From contig CM059431.1 of NCBI GenBank assembly GCA_030390025.1, positions 118,360,001 to 118,424,000 of the forward strand: DNA of 64,000 bases. The letters are read 5' to 3'. The DNA comes from Squalus acanthias. Taxonomy: Eukaryota. This document shows positions 13,099 through 25,968 of the stretch, in pieces; positions within the stretch are counted from its first letter, which is position 1; every line of letters starts with the position of its first letter. The position numbers were made by a program, and so were the translations under genes. The notes below the pieces were generated by a model. That model was not told the DNA's origin, searched no databases, and worked only from the letters and a program-made list of their open reading frames with translations.

Positions 13099-14689
13099 GC
13101 CATTAGCCTCACCGTCATCTTGACAGGAAAATCTGTCCCAATACCTTTATGCTTATTAATACGTTCCTTTTTTCTAAAGGTTGTAGTATGATATCTGAAG
13201 AGTGATGAATTCTTCCAAAATGTTAATGTCTCAGTCATTCTGCATGAACTGGAGAGACAATTTTAACTTGCTGAAATCAGCATTCACGAGGCGGTAAAGG
13301 CGATAAAGTAGACTCACTGCCCTGTTAATGCCAACGAATGGCCCATTGCCACTTTCACAGGGGCCGACTGCTGGGGGCTGAAGCACCTGCCTGTTCAGGC
13401 AGTTGACCCTTTTAATATAAAAATCGGTGCTATGACGTACAGAGGACCCCGATAGCGATTTTAGGATAGAACTGGTCGGAGCGTGTGTCATGACCACTCC
13501 GGCAACAGCGCTGAAGAGGGCCTAGTTTTCAATTATTTTTATGGGGCGAGGAGGAGCAGTAGTGGTCCTCTGGTTGCCACCAAAATAATCTGGGCCATTG
13601 CCACCCTGGGCTCCCCCTCTTTCCACCTTCCCACCCCTCCACCCCTACCACGATCGCGACACGCTCCAAGACTTAGCTTGCAGCCAGCCTGATATTAGGC
13701 TGGCCTGAATGCAGCGAGCTACATCACGATGCCCGTTTGGAACCAGCAGCTAGTCGCTTACCACTTTAATGAGCCTCGGGCCTTAAGGTGGCGCCGGCCT
13801 GTGTTCCCAAGAGGCTTGAATCGACTACAGTTTGTTAAAAATGCACTGAATGAATCTATGAGGTGGTTTGAGTTACCAAAGGAAGTGGAACCTACAAACC
13901 AGATAAAATTAGAAATGGATTGCTTGCTTTATTTAAACAAAGGAACTTAGGAGGGGAAAGTTTACCACGCTCTACCTAACTTTGACAACATTGAACCGTA
14001 CTTTAATAAGCATAGTTAAATTAAAGCTGCAGAAACTTGTTTTACCCATAGCTAATTAATACTGCCAGGTTGACAGAATACATATTATAAAAGAGATTGT
14101 GCTAGCTGCAAATATAAAATAGAAGCCATTGTACATTATGAAATACAATAATCATACTATTGCCTGCATTGCAGAAATATGTTTGCCTCATACTTACAGT
14201 AAATTAAAGTCTTACCACCATGTTATTGAAGTCTCTATGGACAAAGGGTTGAAGAAAAAACAACCAACGGTGGCCACCTTTGCTTATTTGATGTCAGTAA
14301 TGAGAAGTAGCGAATGTGCTTTAATGTAGTGAATTGTGGTATACTCAACAAACACATACAGAAAAAGTAGCATCAACAGGACTATTCAAGCAAACAATCA
14401 GGCTCTTTTTGGGACTTTCATACCTAGGTTTTGAACATTGCAGTTGCTCACTAATTTTGTGCCTATTGCCATGGCAAAACCTCTTGTGGAAATAAAGATT
14501 TTGATGAATTGATTCAGAAATTAGCTCCTGTTTTAGGTAGATTGCTCAGCAATGCTAACAAAGACCACAGATGCAAATATAATTGTGGTTAAGTCATTGA
14601 AGTAAGGGAGTCTTTGATTAAATAATTTAAATTTGGATCAAAAAAGAAGCCAATTCAATTGGGCATATCTGGCAATCCATAAATGAGAA

Positions 14690-16060
14690 CCAGACCAAGT
14701 GCTTGTTGATAAAATTAAGGTACAAGGTATTAAAGGGACTGTGGCAGCATGAATAGGAAGCTACTTAAAGGACAGAAAACAATAGTAGCTAATTGCTGTT
14801 TCTTGGACTGGGGGATGTAAACAGTGGTGTCATCCAGGAGTCATTGTTAGGACTATTGTACTTCTCAATATATAGAAATGATCTGGGCTTGGGTATAGCA
14901 AGCACAATATCAAAATTACTGTGAAGAAGACTCAAGTGATTTCAGGAGGACATAGACAGGTTAATAGATTGACAGATGGACATCAGATGAAATTTAAGTG
15001 GAGAATTAGGAGGCAATTGGAGAAAAATTCGGTTGCTTTGCGCCTCCCGTTAGCACTCCGAGGTGGCACTAACGGGAGGCGCAAAGCAACTCGCACCCGA
15101 GCGTGTCGCCACTAACGACTCCCGCTAAATTCAGCAGGAGGATAGCGGCGGCGGTAGCGCCCCGCGCGATGATGTGATCGGCGTGCGCAGCGCCCCGCTC
15201 GCGCCCCGGCCGCAAACTTGGCTCGTGGCCCCTGACATACAGCCAGACACTATGTCTGACAGGGTCATGGTGGCATTTTTGCAGTCGTGGCGATGATAAT
15301 TAAAGGGCAGGTGCCGGGCGGCCATTTTTCTGGGGCTGCCTGCCAGCACCTGCCCCCTCTTGCCTCCTGCTGGTGCCAGGCTCTTTTGCCGGTACCCCGC
15401 TCCCTGGTGGCCCAGCATGGCCCCAGTGCATGCTGCACTAGGCCTCTCCCCGTTAATTACCAGATGGAAGCCTGCAGTACCACGGCGCTATGTGCCGACG
15501 CGCATGGCGCTGCTGCACGTAGCGCCGCGATATTCCATGGGAGTGCCCCAAGAGGGTGGGGGAGTGCTTCCAGTAGCGCCCCGCCTCCTGCTTGGGGCGT
15601 TACCATTCAATTTCGGGAGCGGGGGCGCTAACTTTTTCAGGGTAGCACCCCAGCGAAGTTATTGTCTCAAAGGGGGCGCGAGCCAATTTTCCCCCCAATA
15701 TATTTGGGGAAGGTGAATAAGGAGAGTAAATAAACAGTAAATAATTAAACTTTAAAAGAATAGAAAAGTGGAGAGACTTCGAGGTTCACATACACAAATC
15801 TTTAAAAGTGGCAGGACAAATTGACAAAGCTGTAAAAAAAAAATTGGCTTCCTGGGTTGTATAAACCAAGGCACAGAATGCAAAAGCAAAGAGGTATTGC
15901 TAAACTTATACAAGTTAGACTGCAGTTAGAATATTGTGGCAGTTTTCGGTGTCTTAATTTACAAAACAAGTTAAGGTCATGTAGAGGCTGCAGAAGAGAT
16001 TCACTAAAACGATACCAGAGAGGAGCAGCTTTAGTTATAAAGCAACTGAGGTCCTTTTAA
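14690..16060 (+). mobile_element. Degraded CR1 RT fragment split by a MITE
   Basis: Similar to 48790-49500 (gtggcagcatg, ggacagaaaaca, atgaaatttaa, gtggcaggacaa, ctaaacttata); interrupted at 15018-15696. Confidence 0.7.
15018..15696. mobile_element. GC-rich Harbinger-type MITE
   Basis: Imperfect TIR TGGAGAAAAATT / AATTTTCCCCCC; TSD AAT (15015-15017, 15697-15699); repeated (A)GCGCC subterminal motifs; relatives at 8433-8967 and 58540-59407. Confidence 0.8.
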
Positions 16061-16884
16061 ACGGAGCAAAAGATCCCATCAGGTAAGTGGCTTTACAGCA
16101 CTGCTTGTGGACCAGGAGAACCAGAAGTGCTTCCCCCCCCCCACCCACCAAGCTTTCCTCCCCACAATCGGACCCCGTGATCGACTAACCACCTCCCTGC
16201 GATCGGACCCACAATATCTAACTCACCTTCCTCCGATGCATGCTCTTCAAAACCCTCTTCGGTCTCTAACTCCCTCTCCGATCTCTAACTCCCTCTCAGA
16301 TCTTCCCCGATCCGATGTATGACCCCCACAATGTCCGTACACTGCCACAGCCTCCCCCCGCCCAACGTCCGCCCTCTCAATCTGGCTGGCTGTGGCTGGG
16401 AATCCCATGCAAAAATTTAAAAATAGGTCCTGCCAATAAAGTATGCCGTTGAAGTTCAGGTTTCCCAGTCACTAAATCACCCCCCGCAACTCCCTTCCCG
16501 CCTCACAGTTATTATTGGATCCTCTGTATTCCAAGCTGGTCTCAATTAACATTCTGCAACTGGCTGCACCGTTTGTCTGATCAAGCCATTTGAACCTGAA
16601 AGTGTGAAATGTTAGGACTTTTAACATTGTCCCACCACAAGCGCTGTGTACTTGAGTGCACCAATGTTTTACCTTTTCTATTTAATTGAAAGCAGCAGGG
16701 GAGTGTACTGAAGTAACTAATAGTAAAGTTAATTCAATAAATTACCAACATTGTTTGGGCTTTTTGTTCGGTGTACAATGGTAGTGGGAGTAGAATGGTT
16801 TGAAGCAATAAACATGAGCTTCAGTGAGAGGGCTTAACAGAAAGGACAAATTGGGCCAGGAGTCAGGAAGTTAAGTAAACTTGG

Positions 16885-17250
16885 GTTTTACTTCCACCTC
16901 TGTAACATTGCCCAACTCTGCTCCTGCCTCAACTCATCTGCTGCTGAAACCCTCATCCATGCCTTTGATGCCTCTAGTCTTGACTATTCTAATGCTCTCC
17001 TGGCTGGCCTTCCATCTTCGACCCTACATAAACTTGAGCTCATCTAAAACTCTGCTGTCCATATCCTAACTCGCACCAAATCTGGTTCACCCATCACCCC
17101 TGTGCTCACTGACCTACATTGGCTCCCGGTCCGGCAACACCTCGATTTAAAAATTCTCATCCTTGTTTTCAAATCCCTCCATGATCTCGCCCCTCCCTAT
17201 CTCTCCTCCAGCCCTACAACCCTCAGAGATCTCTGTGCTCCTTCAATTCA
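16885..17250 (+). mobile_element. L2 LINE 3' ORF fragment
   Basis: Homologous to 25-250 (aaactctgctg...gacctacattggctcc...aaaattctcatccttgttttcaaatcc). Confidence 0.7.
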
Positions 17251-19246
17251 ATAAATACGGAGGAGAGGTAGGTGAGTGAAGGCCATGTCTAACAGACGTG
17301 GTCACTCACGTAGAGAGAAAAAAGAAGAAAGGGTTGTAGTAATGCGTACAACACTTGGGGAAAGGGGGCAGTAATGTCACTTAGTGTGGTGACTCATCAG
17401 GCAAATGTACTTGTGCATTACTTGCACGTAGATGGATCTTATTACCGTCCATTTGGGGAGATGTAATTAACCCGATAAAGATAGAGCACCCTGGAGCTCC
17501 TTTGGGGCTTCTACCTCATCTTCCTTAGACTAGCATGAGCAGGCACGATGACACGCTTATGAGACTCGATAAGTCTATTGCCAGTGAGTGTGACTTGGTA
17601 CCAATCTCATGGGCACTGCATGTAATGGGTTATATGAATGCTTTGATACGTAAAAACTATTAATCAGACATCTAAGAGTTGCCCCATTCTCAAACTTGTA
17701 TCAAGGGGAAGGATATATGACAATATCCTATATACACCCAGCAAGGAGTACAAGAAGCCCATTGGGAATGAATGCAGAGTGCAAGGCAGTGCCGCAACCG
17801 GGGTGATGGTGGGCGGAGGGGTCCCACTAATCCTTTAAAACAGCAATGGGGGTGGGGAGAGAGAAAAAAACTCTAAGAAAGCCATAACACATGCTTAAAA
17901 ATATAAGTTGGAATGAGATTAAAAATGAATTTACCCGAGAACAAAAATCACTTAAAAAAAAGGCATCTATTTGGCAGAAATATTTTTGAAATGTGCTCCC
18001 AGATGCCACTGAGTGCTCAGAGCCTACAACAGTATGCAGGCTCAAAAGCATTTTAAATTGCTCCATAATCATAGAACATCATATTATTGGAAATTCCTAC
18101 CAAAAAACTATGAAAGGGTAGACATTACAAAATGTAACATTGAAAATCCATTGGGACTGCTGACATAAGACTTTTGAATAGAAAAATGACAGGAAATACC
18201 AATTAAATAATATATTGCTAACTATATGAAACAGTTTTATGTTTTTAAATATTTTCCAGTACCATTAAAAGAAATTGTGTAAGAGAAAAGCCAGACTAAT
18301 AATTTGTTCTAAATTGTAGATCAGTAATTACTCCTGATCAAAGTAAATTTATTTGAGTATGAAACATTTTTCCCTTGACAGAAATCAGCTGTAATCTAAT
18401 TTATAAAACCTGAACAAAATTCTCATACACCTTTAATTGCAGGAGATTTCCCAGCATTGCGTGAGCTGAAGAATTATTCTTTTTGTGTTAATGTTATTGT
18501 TTTCTCGGTAAGCACTATAAGAATTCGGAAGGGAATACTGCTAATCTAATTAGAATCATATTAATCAATTATACTAATCGCATATGCAAATTGGGTTAAT
18601 ATGAAAATTGCTTTCTCGATGACTCATAAGTCCTGTCTTTACGAATGCTAGAGGGGATATTTATTCTGCCAAAAGGATGTTTAACATTCAGCAACCTTGT
18701 GATCGGTGCAGTGTATATTGCAGTTTAACAAATAAGATGTGATGGAGGGATAGTCTATAAGCCTAAAAATTCCTGGATCGCACTTATGCAGAAATGGCGC
18801 TGACAGTTTTGCATGTTTCTATGCCGCTCTTGCTGATGGGAACTTACGCCAAAGTTTCCTGTGCAGCTTATTTGCCTAAATTTAAAACCCGTCAGAAAAC
18901 AAGCGCAAATGCAGCACCACCAATAGGGATAATAGCGAGGGGTTCTGCCATGATGGCTCACTCTCAGGGCTGGATTTTGCCAGTGTGGGCGGGCTGGGGT
19001 GTGTCAGGTGGGAATCATGTCAGGACCCCGACTCCGAAGTGAAGTGTTGAAAAATTGCGATTTTCCCTTAATTAGGCAATTGATTTCCAGCGTGTGGGAA
19101 CCCCTGGCCCAATGAGTCTTTTCATACAGAAAGTCGCCTCCGATGATGTCATCAATGCTGCTGGATTCAAGTCCTGCAAGCAGCCTTGCTTCTTCTGGAG
19201 ACTGGAAACACTTTGGAAATTGTATGAAGGACTTCATTTACCGACC

Positions 19247-21175
19247 ATGTCCACCAGCAAGCAAAAGTGTGCACCTCGCTTTGATGAGCCCTCCCTCCAA
19301 GCTCTGGTGCAGGGAGCAAGATCTAATAAGGAGGTGCTCTTCCCTTCCTCAGGGAGAAAAAAGCCACCCCAGCAGACTAAAGCTGTGTGGCTGCAAGTGG
19401 CCGAGGATGTCAACTCCATATCAATGAGCCACAGAACCTGGCTGCAATGCAGGAAGAGGTTTCATGACCTTCTCCGCACAGGAAAAGTGAGTATGACTTT
19501 CCCATCACCCTCAATCTGATCCCCATCGCCTCTCCTCACCAGCACTCTACTTTGCCAACCTCTTGCTCCACATCCCACTTGACACTTACATCCCTTTGCC
19601 TCTCTCTCTATGATCACATTCACTTAACTATTCGACTATCTACCCCTCACACTCCCTATCACTGTAATGCAACAACAACAACTTACAACACACAGGGAGG
19701 GCCCTTAGTCTCCTTCTAAGCATCAATGCTATGCATTCTCTACACACACTCATTCATTCTCACTCAAACTCCACTTGTGTCCCTCATTGCAGGAGAAGAG
19801 AGCCCACAATAAGAGGGAAAGAACGAGGACAGGAGGAGGGCCACCCTCAGTAGCCCAGCTCACCGCTTGGGAGGAGGCGGCCCTGGAAATCGCCAGGATC
19901 GAGGAGGATTCCCAAGTGGGGGACGGACAGACGGGCGCATCAAAGCAAGCTGGTGACAGAATAGTTTGGCATCTCTCTCATTGACATTGCTTGAGTCACT
20001 GAAAATGAATCTGATGCTCTAACAGATTGACTTATGATCATCTGCACTATTCAATGTTCATGTAACCTTGACCTCACATCTCTAACTCTTTCCTTTACTT
20101 CCCCACAGGACCATTGAAAGCCCCCGTCCCCATTGTCCAGGAGGAAGAGCCTGAGCTTCCAGACTCCTCAGAGGAAGCTGCAACCTCTGAGGGCGCAGCG
20201 TCAGCAGAATTCAGCGCACGCAGCACCAGCGCAGACACTCACATCTCGGTGGGACCTTCGCGAGATAGAGTAGTGTTGGCACCTGGTGTATCACGGCTCA
20301 CAAGTGAGCATCAGCAGATGGTGGAGACAGGGACAGCAGTGGAGAGTCCTTGTCGGAGGGCGCAGGACTCTGCCAGCTCGGCTCAGCTGCATGTCGACCC
20401 TGTGCCTCTGGGTCCATCCAGAAGGAGAACAGTGCTGGAACTCCAGGAACAGGTACAGGAGTCTCTGTCAGGGTTTGTCTCCAGGGTCGCTGCGAGTGTG
20501 GAGTGGATGTAAGAGTCCATCGCGAACATGAGCAGAGCCTTTGTGGAGGCATTGGCGCATGAATGCATCACCATGGAAAGGATGGCAACCTCCGTGGAAA
20601 GGATGGCTACGGTAGAGGAGAGGATGGCTGCGGCCATGGAGGAGCTAAGTCGCCAGAGTGTTGAAAACATGGTCATTGTTCAGAATAGACTGGCATCGCT
20701 TCAGGAGCGATGGTCAGCTATTGAGCATAGAAACTAGACCTTCATGGAAGTCCTCTGGAGTAGGACTTCCAGTGCAGAAACAGGTCCTCATGGCCCCCCT
20801 GAAGTGCAGCAAGGTGCTGTCAACCCACTTGCTAGCTCTGAAGTGGGGCTGACCCATGAGAGGGATGTTGGTGGCAGACAACAAGGAAGTGGGGGCTCCT
20901 CTCCACGCGCTCACATGACCATGCCACTGCAAAGCCCTCAGTCAGAGCCCCACCAGAGTCCTCACCCAACTGAGATGGGCTTCTCATCTCCTGCACAGCC
21001 GCAGGAGCAGTAGACTGTTGCCGAGCCCTCACAGGTTCGCAACCCCAGAGGACGGCCGCCAAAGGTGTCGAGATAGGAGCAGCATGAAAGTGAGCAAGGG
21101 GCCTCCACATCTGCTGAAGCCACAGGGGAAGCACTATGTAGGAGCACGCGTAAGAGGATGATAATGCACAAGTAG
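19247..21175 (+). pseudogene. Harbinger Myb/SANT(MADF) DNA-binding protein gene, 3 exons, with nonsense mutations
   Basis: Exons 19247-19486 (APRFDE...W..VAEDV...RTWLQCRKRFHDL), 19793-19952 (EKRAHNKRERTRTGGGPP) and 20109-21175; GT-AG introns in consistent phase; premature stops at 20510, 20735, 21011 and 21075. Confidence 0.88.
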
Positions 21176-21418
21176 TCACAAGGGTAGTCACTTGGGTTTT
21201 ATGTTGTGTTTATTTTTGAAATGCCATCAGTTGCTTGTTGTGATAAAAATTGCTGATGGCAAACTGTTGAAGTTGTGACAAATTGGACTTCACATTGAGG
21301 ACTTAGAGCGACTTGCATTTGTCAGTATGGTGGTCAGTGTGATAGGAATCCGCAGGTTCTTGTCCATTGTCGATGCTCTGGTAAGAATGTGTGAGGCAAA
21401 AGTGTTTGATTGTGCAGG

Positions 21419-21624
21419 CTAAGCAAATCTGGCCAACATGAGTGCGTCCCTTGTATCCCAGGCAGCAATGTGGTCGCGCTCTGGCGCCTTCTGGCCTGTG
21501 CAGTTTCAGGTGGGTGAGCAGCAGCTTGGCGCTCCTGCTGTTGGTGCTGCTGTTGTTCAGGGTTCTGCTGCTGGTCTTCGTCCGAATCTGATGTCCAGGA
21601 GGAAAGGAAATAAATGGTTCCCAT
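21419..21624 (-). pseudogene. Harbinger transposase remnant (N-terminus fused to extreme C-terminus, about 1 kb deleted)
   Basis: MGTIYFLSSWTSDSDEDQQQ... matches 52577 onward; it then jumps to sequence matching 53715-53760 (cacattgctgcc...gccagatttgctta). Confidence 0.8.
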
Positions 21625-22949
21625 GCTTCTGCTATATACCTCAGTTGAGGAAGTGCTCAGTCAAGGTGGGGAGAGGGGTTTCCCAGGAGGTCACACTGGA
21701 GATGGGTCTGAGGCTCCAAACATCCACAACAATGAGTAGGCCTGCTAAGAGTTCCCCCAGACCTGAGACAACAAAGTTCTGCCACCTGCAAATGATGATT
21801 GCTGAAAACTCCTTTTTAATGGTGGAGCTGCAGCTGTTACTAAGCAATCCACTTGTGAGGCTGCCAGGATTACCTGGCGTGTTCCAGAGGAGGCGTGTAG
21901 GATGGGGTAAATGTCTAAAAATCAGAAAGGCCTCTCAAAATTGGATTATAGAGGCAGTATAGAGGCCTTAAGGGCCTATCCCGCGGGGTGGAAACGGGGT
22001 CTGAAACCCCGATTTTGGGTAAATTGCTTGGAGGCGGGATCGGGCCCGCACACCATTTTTTTTGCGATTTTAACACTTCACATGCCTCCAATCCCGCCTC
22101 CTCGGCCCTGGCAAAATCGAGCCCTCAGAGCCTTTTGCCTCTGCTGCACCTCTTCCTCCTACTATTATGCAGAAAGGGCTTGTCCACTGGGGAAGCCATT
22201 CCAGCTGCTTAGTCCTACTGAACGTGTGGAGGAGGCAGTGATCTGAACACGGAGACTGTCAGCACTTTAATTAAGTGTAATATGAAAAGTTAAAAAATAA
22301 ATCGTGAAAAAAATCACTATTAAATTCCAGAAACGTCAGTTACGCCGACATCAGGTGATTTGGGGCCTAAATTATTGGCTGTAAATCTATGCCAACGCAT
22401 TACTGGAGTAAATGCGTGACATTCGAGTGAGCTGGGTTAAAATGACACAACTGAGTGGCAGAGGGTTTATTGCTGGATGTATATTGGAAGTGGCACAATT
22501 GATCGAGGAAATTTGCATATACCAGTGTATTACCGTAAACCTGACGCAACTCAGATATGTAAAAGTTTCCTCCGAACAATATGGTGCAGCGCCGCTCTTA
22601 TGCCGTAGTTATGCAAAAAGGTCAGGGAAATTCTGGGCCAGTCAGTCTACAGTGTGTCATATCGTATGTTCACTTATCCATTTACTGCTTGTCAAATATT
22701 TTTAACAGTTTATAACTTAAGCCACAGTCTGGTGAAAATGTTATTTTACTGCCTTCTGAAATTGAGGAAAATCACAAGAGGGCATGTGACATAACCATTA
22801 GCCAAAATACAGGCTTTTGTTCAATTACTTGGCTCACCACAAATTGCCCGGATATTGAGCAGGTAAAGGTATATTCTGGGTCTTAGATAATGAGGGCCCT
22901 TCAATGGGAAGGAATGGCTGAAATGTTGAATTTGAGAAAAACCTCAACT

Positions 22950-23400
22950 TAATGGTCGCCTGTCACTTTAATTCACCGCTTCACTCCCACTCTGCTCTCT
23001 CTGTCCTCGGCCTATTACACTGTTCCAATAAAGCTCAACATAAGCTCGAGGAACAACACCTCATCTTTCGATTAGGCACTTTACAGCCATCTGGACTCAT
23101 CATTGAGTTCAACAATTTCAAACTATAACCCCTGCCCCCATTTTTCATGCTGTATGATTTTGCCATTCCCATTTGCAACATTTTATCTTTCCTGCCTCTT
23201 ACAAAAGCACAGTATGTTCCTTCAATTCCTTCCTCTCCTCCCACCATCCCCCCCTGTCTCTGCACCTGCTTAATATCTGTTACATCTCCAGCTTTTTCCA
23301 GTTCTGATGAAAGGTCCCAGACCTGAAACGTTAACTCTGTTTCTCTCTCCACGGATGCTGCCTGGCCTGCTGAGTATTTCCAGCATTTTCTGTTGTTATC
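22950..23400 (+). mobile_element. Penelope 3' fragment (GIY-YIG C-terminus + pLTR)
   Basis: VACHFNSPLHSH...KLEEQHLIFRLGTLQP; homologous to 33149-33320 (minus); duplicated at 30100-30530. Confidence 0.85.
23300..23336 (+). ncRNA. Minimal type I hammerhead ribozyme motif (Penelope-type, family A)
   Basis: agtt-CTGATGA-a-aggtc(cca)gacct-GAAA-CG-TT-aact: stem I agtt/aact, stem II aggtc/gacct, palindromic stem III ACGT. Confidence 0.75.
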
Positions 23401-24275
23401 TCAACTTAACAGTGACCACGATCACTGGATGATACAGACCAGTGAGTGCTTCCTTGGGAGCTATTATAATTCCTTCATTTTAAGGCAATTAACTTCAGCA
23501 CCCTTATTTGAAGGGAGTTGAAGAGTGAATGAATTGCTCCTGGAAGATTAAGGCTACTTAATGCACTAACCATGGACTGAAGCTCATACACAACCAGAAT
23601 GATTAGTGAGCATACCAATAGAAGGCTAATTTAACTACAATGGGCAGCCTTTTAGTGGCCTGGGCCTCATTACCATTCTGCCAGCCAAGTGGGCTTGCCG
23701 GTTCTAGGTGCCATGCTGGACCTCCACAGGATCCTGGCCTTCAGAAACCATGATCACTTGCTCCTCCTCAGCTGCGCACTATGACTCTCCCTTCTCAACC
23801 TTGCTAAATACAACCTCTGAGGGATGGGGAGTTGTAATTGTGATGGTTCTTGACGGAGGTGTTGATCGTGATGCAGGGTGCAATCGGTTATGGCCTCCAT
23901 GAAGACCCAGGTAGTGCCTACAGCTGGTTCTTTTATTTCTGATAAAGCAAAAGAGAACAGAATGCTTCAATGATGCTTCAAATAGCAACCATTCAGCATT
24001 TATTTCATTGCATGAGACTGTGGCCACAATGTTAATGGGGAGGCGGAGATAATGTGGGTGAGGCCGAAATCAGCCAAAGAACCCAGAAAGTCTAGGGACA
24101 TGGAGGTCCTGCCGATCTCAATGGCAGGGCCTCATTAATATATTGTAGCGCTGCCTACCGCCCAGCTGCCAGCCAAGTGGACAGCCTGGTCAAGGGTGGG
24201 ACGGAACACCAGCAGCAGGTGGCCGCAGCCGAGGACCCGTGGGGACGATCCTTGGCACTTGGACGGGAGCTCCAG

Positions 24276-25210
24276 TCGGGAGGGCTGGGGGGCAGGCTGG
24301 AGATCGGGAGGGCTGGGGGGCAGGCTGGAGATCGGGAGGGCTGGGGGGCAGGCTGGAGATCGGGAGGGCTGGGGGCAGGCTGGAGATCGGGAGGGCTGGG
24401 GGCAGGCTGGAGATCGGGAGGGCTGGGGGGCAGGTTGGAGATCGGGAGGGCTGGGGGCAGGCTGGAGATCGGGAGGGCTGGGGGCAGGCTGGAGATCGGG
24501 AGGGCTGGGGGCAGGCTGGAGATCGGGAGGGCTGGGGGCAGGCTGGAGATCGGGAGGGCTGGGGGCAGGCTGGAGATCGGGAGGGCTGGGGGCAGGCTGG
24601 AGATCGGGAGGGCTGGGGGCAGGCTGGAGATCGGGAGGGCTGGGGGGCAGGCTGGAGATCGGGAGGGCTGGGGGCAGGCTGGAGATCGGGAGGGCTGGGG
24701 GCAGGCTGGAGATCGGGAGGGCTGGGGGGCAGGCTGGAGATCGGGAGGGCTGGGGGGCAGGCTGGAGATCGGGAGGGCTGGGGGGCAGGCTGGAGATCGG
24801 GAGGGCTGGGGGGCAGGCTGGAGATCGGGAGGGCTGGGGGGCAGGCTGGAGATCGGGAGGGCTGGGGGCAGGCTGGAGATCGGGAGGGCTGGGGGGCAGG
24901 CTGGAGATCGGGAGGGCTGGGGGGCAGGCTGGAGATCGGGAGGGCTGGGGGCAGGCTGGAGATCGGGGGGGGCAGGCTGGAGATCGGGAGGGCTGGGGGG
25001 CAGGCTGGAGATCGGGAGAGATGGGGGCAGGCTGGAGATCGGGAGGGCTGGGGACAGGTTGGAGATCGGGAGGGCTGGGGACAGGTTGGAGATCGGGAGG
25101 GCTGGGGGCAGGCTGGAGATCGGGAGGGCTGGGGGCAGGCTGGAGATCGGGAGGGCTGGGGGCAGGCTGGAGATCGGGAGGGCTGGGCGCAGGCTGGAGA
25201 TCGGGAGGGC
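24276..25210 (+). repeat. G-rich minisatellite, 24/25-bp unit GGGAGGGCTGGGG(G)GCAGGCTGGAGATC, about 38 copies
   Basis: Direct tandem repeats, nearly homogeneous; explains the long low-complexity ORFs on both strands. Confidence 0.97.
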
Positions 25211-25524
25211 CAGTGGTGGAGGGATGGAGGCTAGAGTTTGAAGCTGGGGGAGGCCAAATGCTTCCTTGAGGGGCCTGGGGGAGCACTCCTGCTCCGCCTG
25301 GCCCACAAGGAGTACTAAAGAAGCCACTTACCTTCGGGAGCCGGCAGCTCCAGCCTCGGATCAGCTGCCAGTAATCCCTAAAAGCAGTGACCATATCATA
25401 GAGCTGCACAATTTCCGAGCAATCTGCATACCACAAATTGAGGGTACATTTATTTTGTCTGAAGATACTTAAAAAATGATTACTTAGGAACTAACTGCCA
25501 TATGCAGCTCCTAATTGTAACTTT

Positions 25525-25968
25525 AAAAGAAAGAAAGTCTTGCATTTATGTAGCGCCTTTCACAACCTCAGGACATCCCAAAGTGCTTTACAGCCAATGA
25601 CGTACTTTTGAAGTGTAGTCACTGTTGTAGTGTAGGAAATGCAGCAGCCAATTTGCACACAGCAAGCTCCCACAAACAGCAACATGATAATGACCAGATA
25701 GTTTTTTTTTAGTCATGTTGGTTGAGGCATAAATTTTGGCCAGGACACCGGGGAGAATTCTCCTGCTCTTCCTATTACAACAGTGACTACACCACAAAAA
25801 AATACTTCATTGGCTGTAAAGTGCTTTGGGATGTCCAGTGGTCATGAAAGGAGTTATATAAATGCAAGTCTTTCTTTCTTTCAAAATACTGCGATGGGAT
25901 CTTTTACATCCACCTGAGAGGGCAGACGGGGCCTCGGTGTAATGTCTCATCCAAAAGACGGCACCTCC
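25525..25968 (-). mobile_element. DeuSINE (minus) containing an inverted SINE 3' fragment (25773-25880, plus)
   Basis: Minus-strand SINE body interrupted by ttacaacagtgactacac...atataaatgcaagtctttc in the opposite orientation; duplicated at 35338-35780. Confidence 0.8.

Larger units (their letters stand above)
10025..13139. mobile_element. Old Harbinger-like non-autonomous element hosting nested insertions
   Basis: Putative TIR GGCCCAGATTTT / AAAATCTGTCCC (10/12 match); flanks ATT and AAT (imperfect TSD). Confidence 0.5.
18967..22124 (+). mobile_element. PIF/Harbinger transposon H1, internally deleted (transposase lost)
   Basis: TIR GGGCTGGATTTTGCCAG / CTGGCAAAATCGAGCCC; TSD TCA (18964-18966, 22125-22127); three-exon MADF gene on plus and a convergent transposase remnant on minus. 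Confidence 0.92.

Noticed and set aside
13270..13840. GC-rich probable non-autonomous DNA transposon relic (also 1850-2015, 9477-9890, 16050-16520)
   Set aside because: Looks repetitive, but ends and TSDs could not be defined from this window.
18443..18507. Possible small host exon (ttgcag...gtaagc; DFPALRELKNYSFCVNVIVFS)
   Set aside because: Peptide not recognised and no partner exons can be linked; needs RNA-seq.
18770..22639. Older MITE enclosing Harbinger H1
   Set aside because: Putative TIRs (agcctaaaaattcc / ggaaattctgggcc) match weakly and no TSD is evident.
24276..25210. CRISPR-like array
   Set aside because: Head-to-tail repeats with no unique spacers, no cas genes, eukaryotic context.
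24135..25436. Long 330-430 aa Pro-rich and Gly/Trp-rich ORFs (also 32099-32906)
   Set aside because: Artefacts of a stop-free minisatellite; open in nearly all frames with frame-shifting 24/25-bp units.
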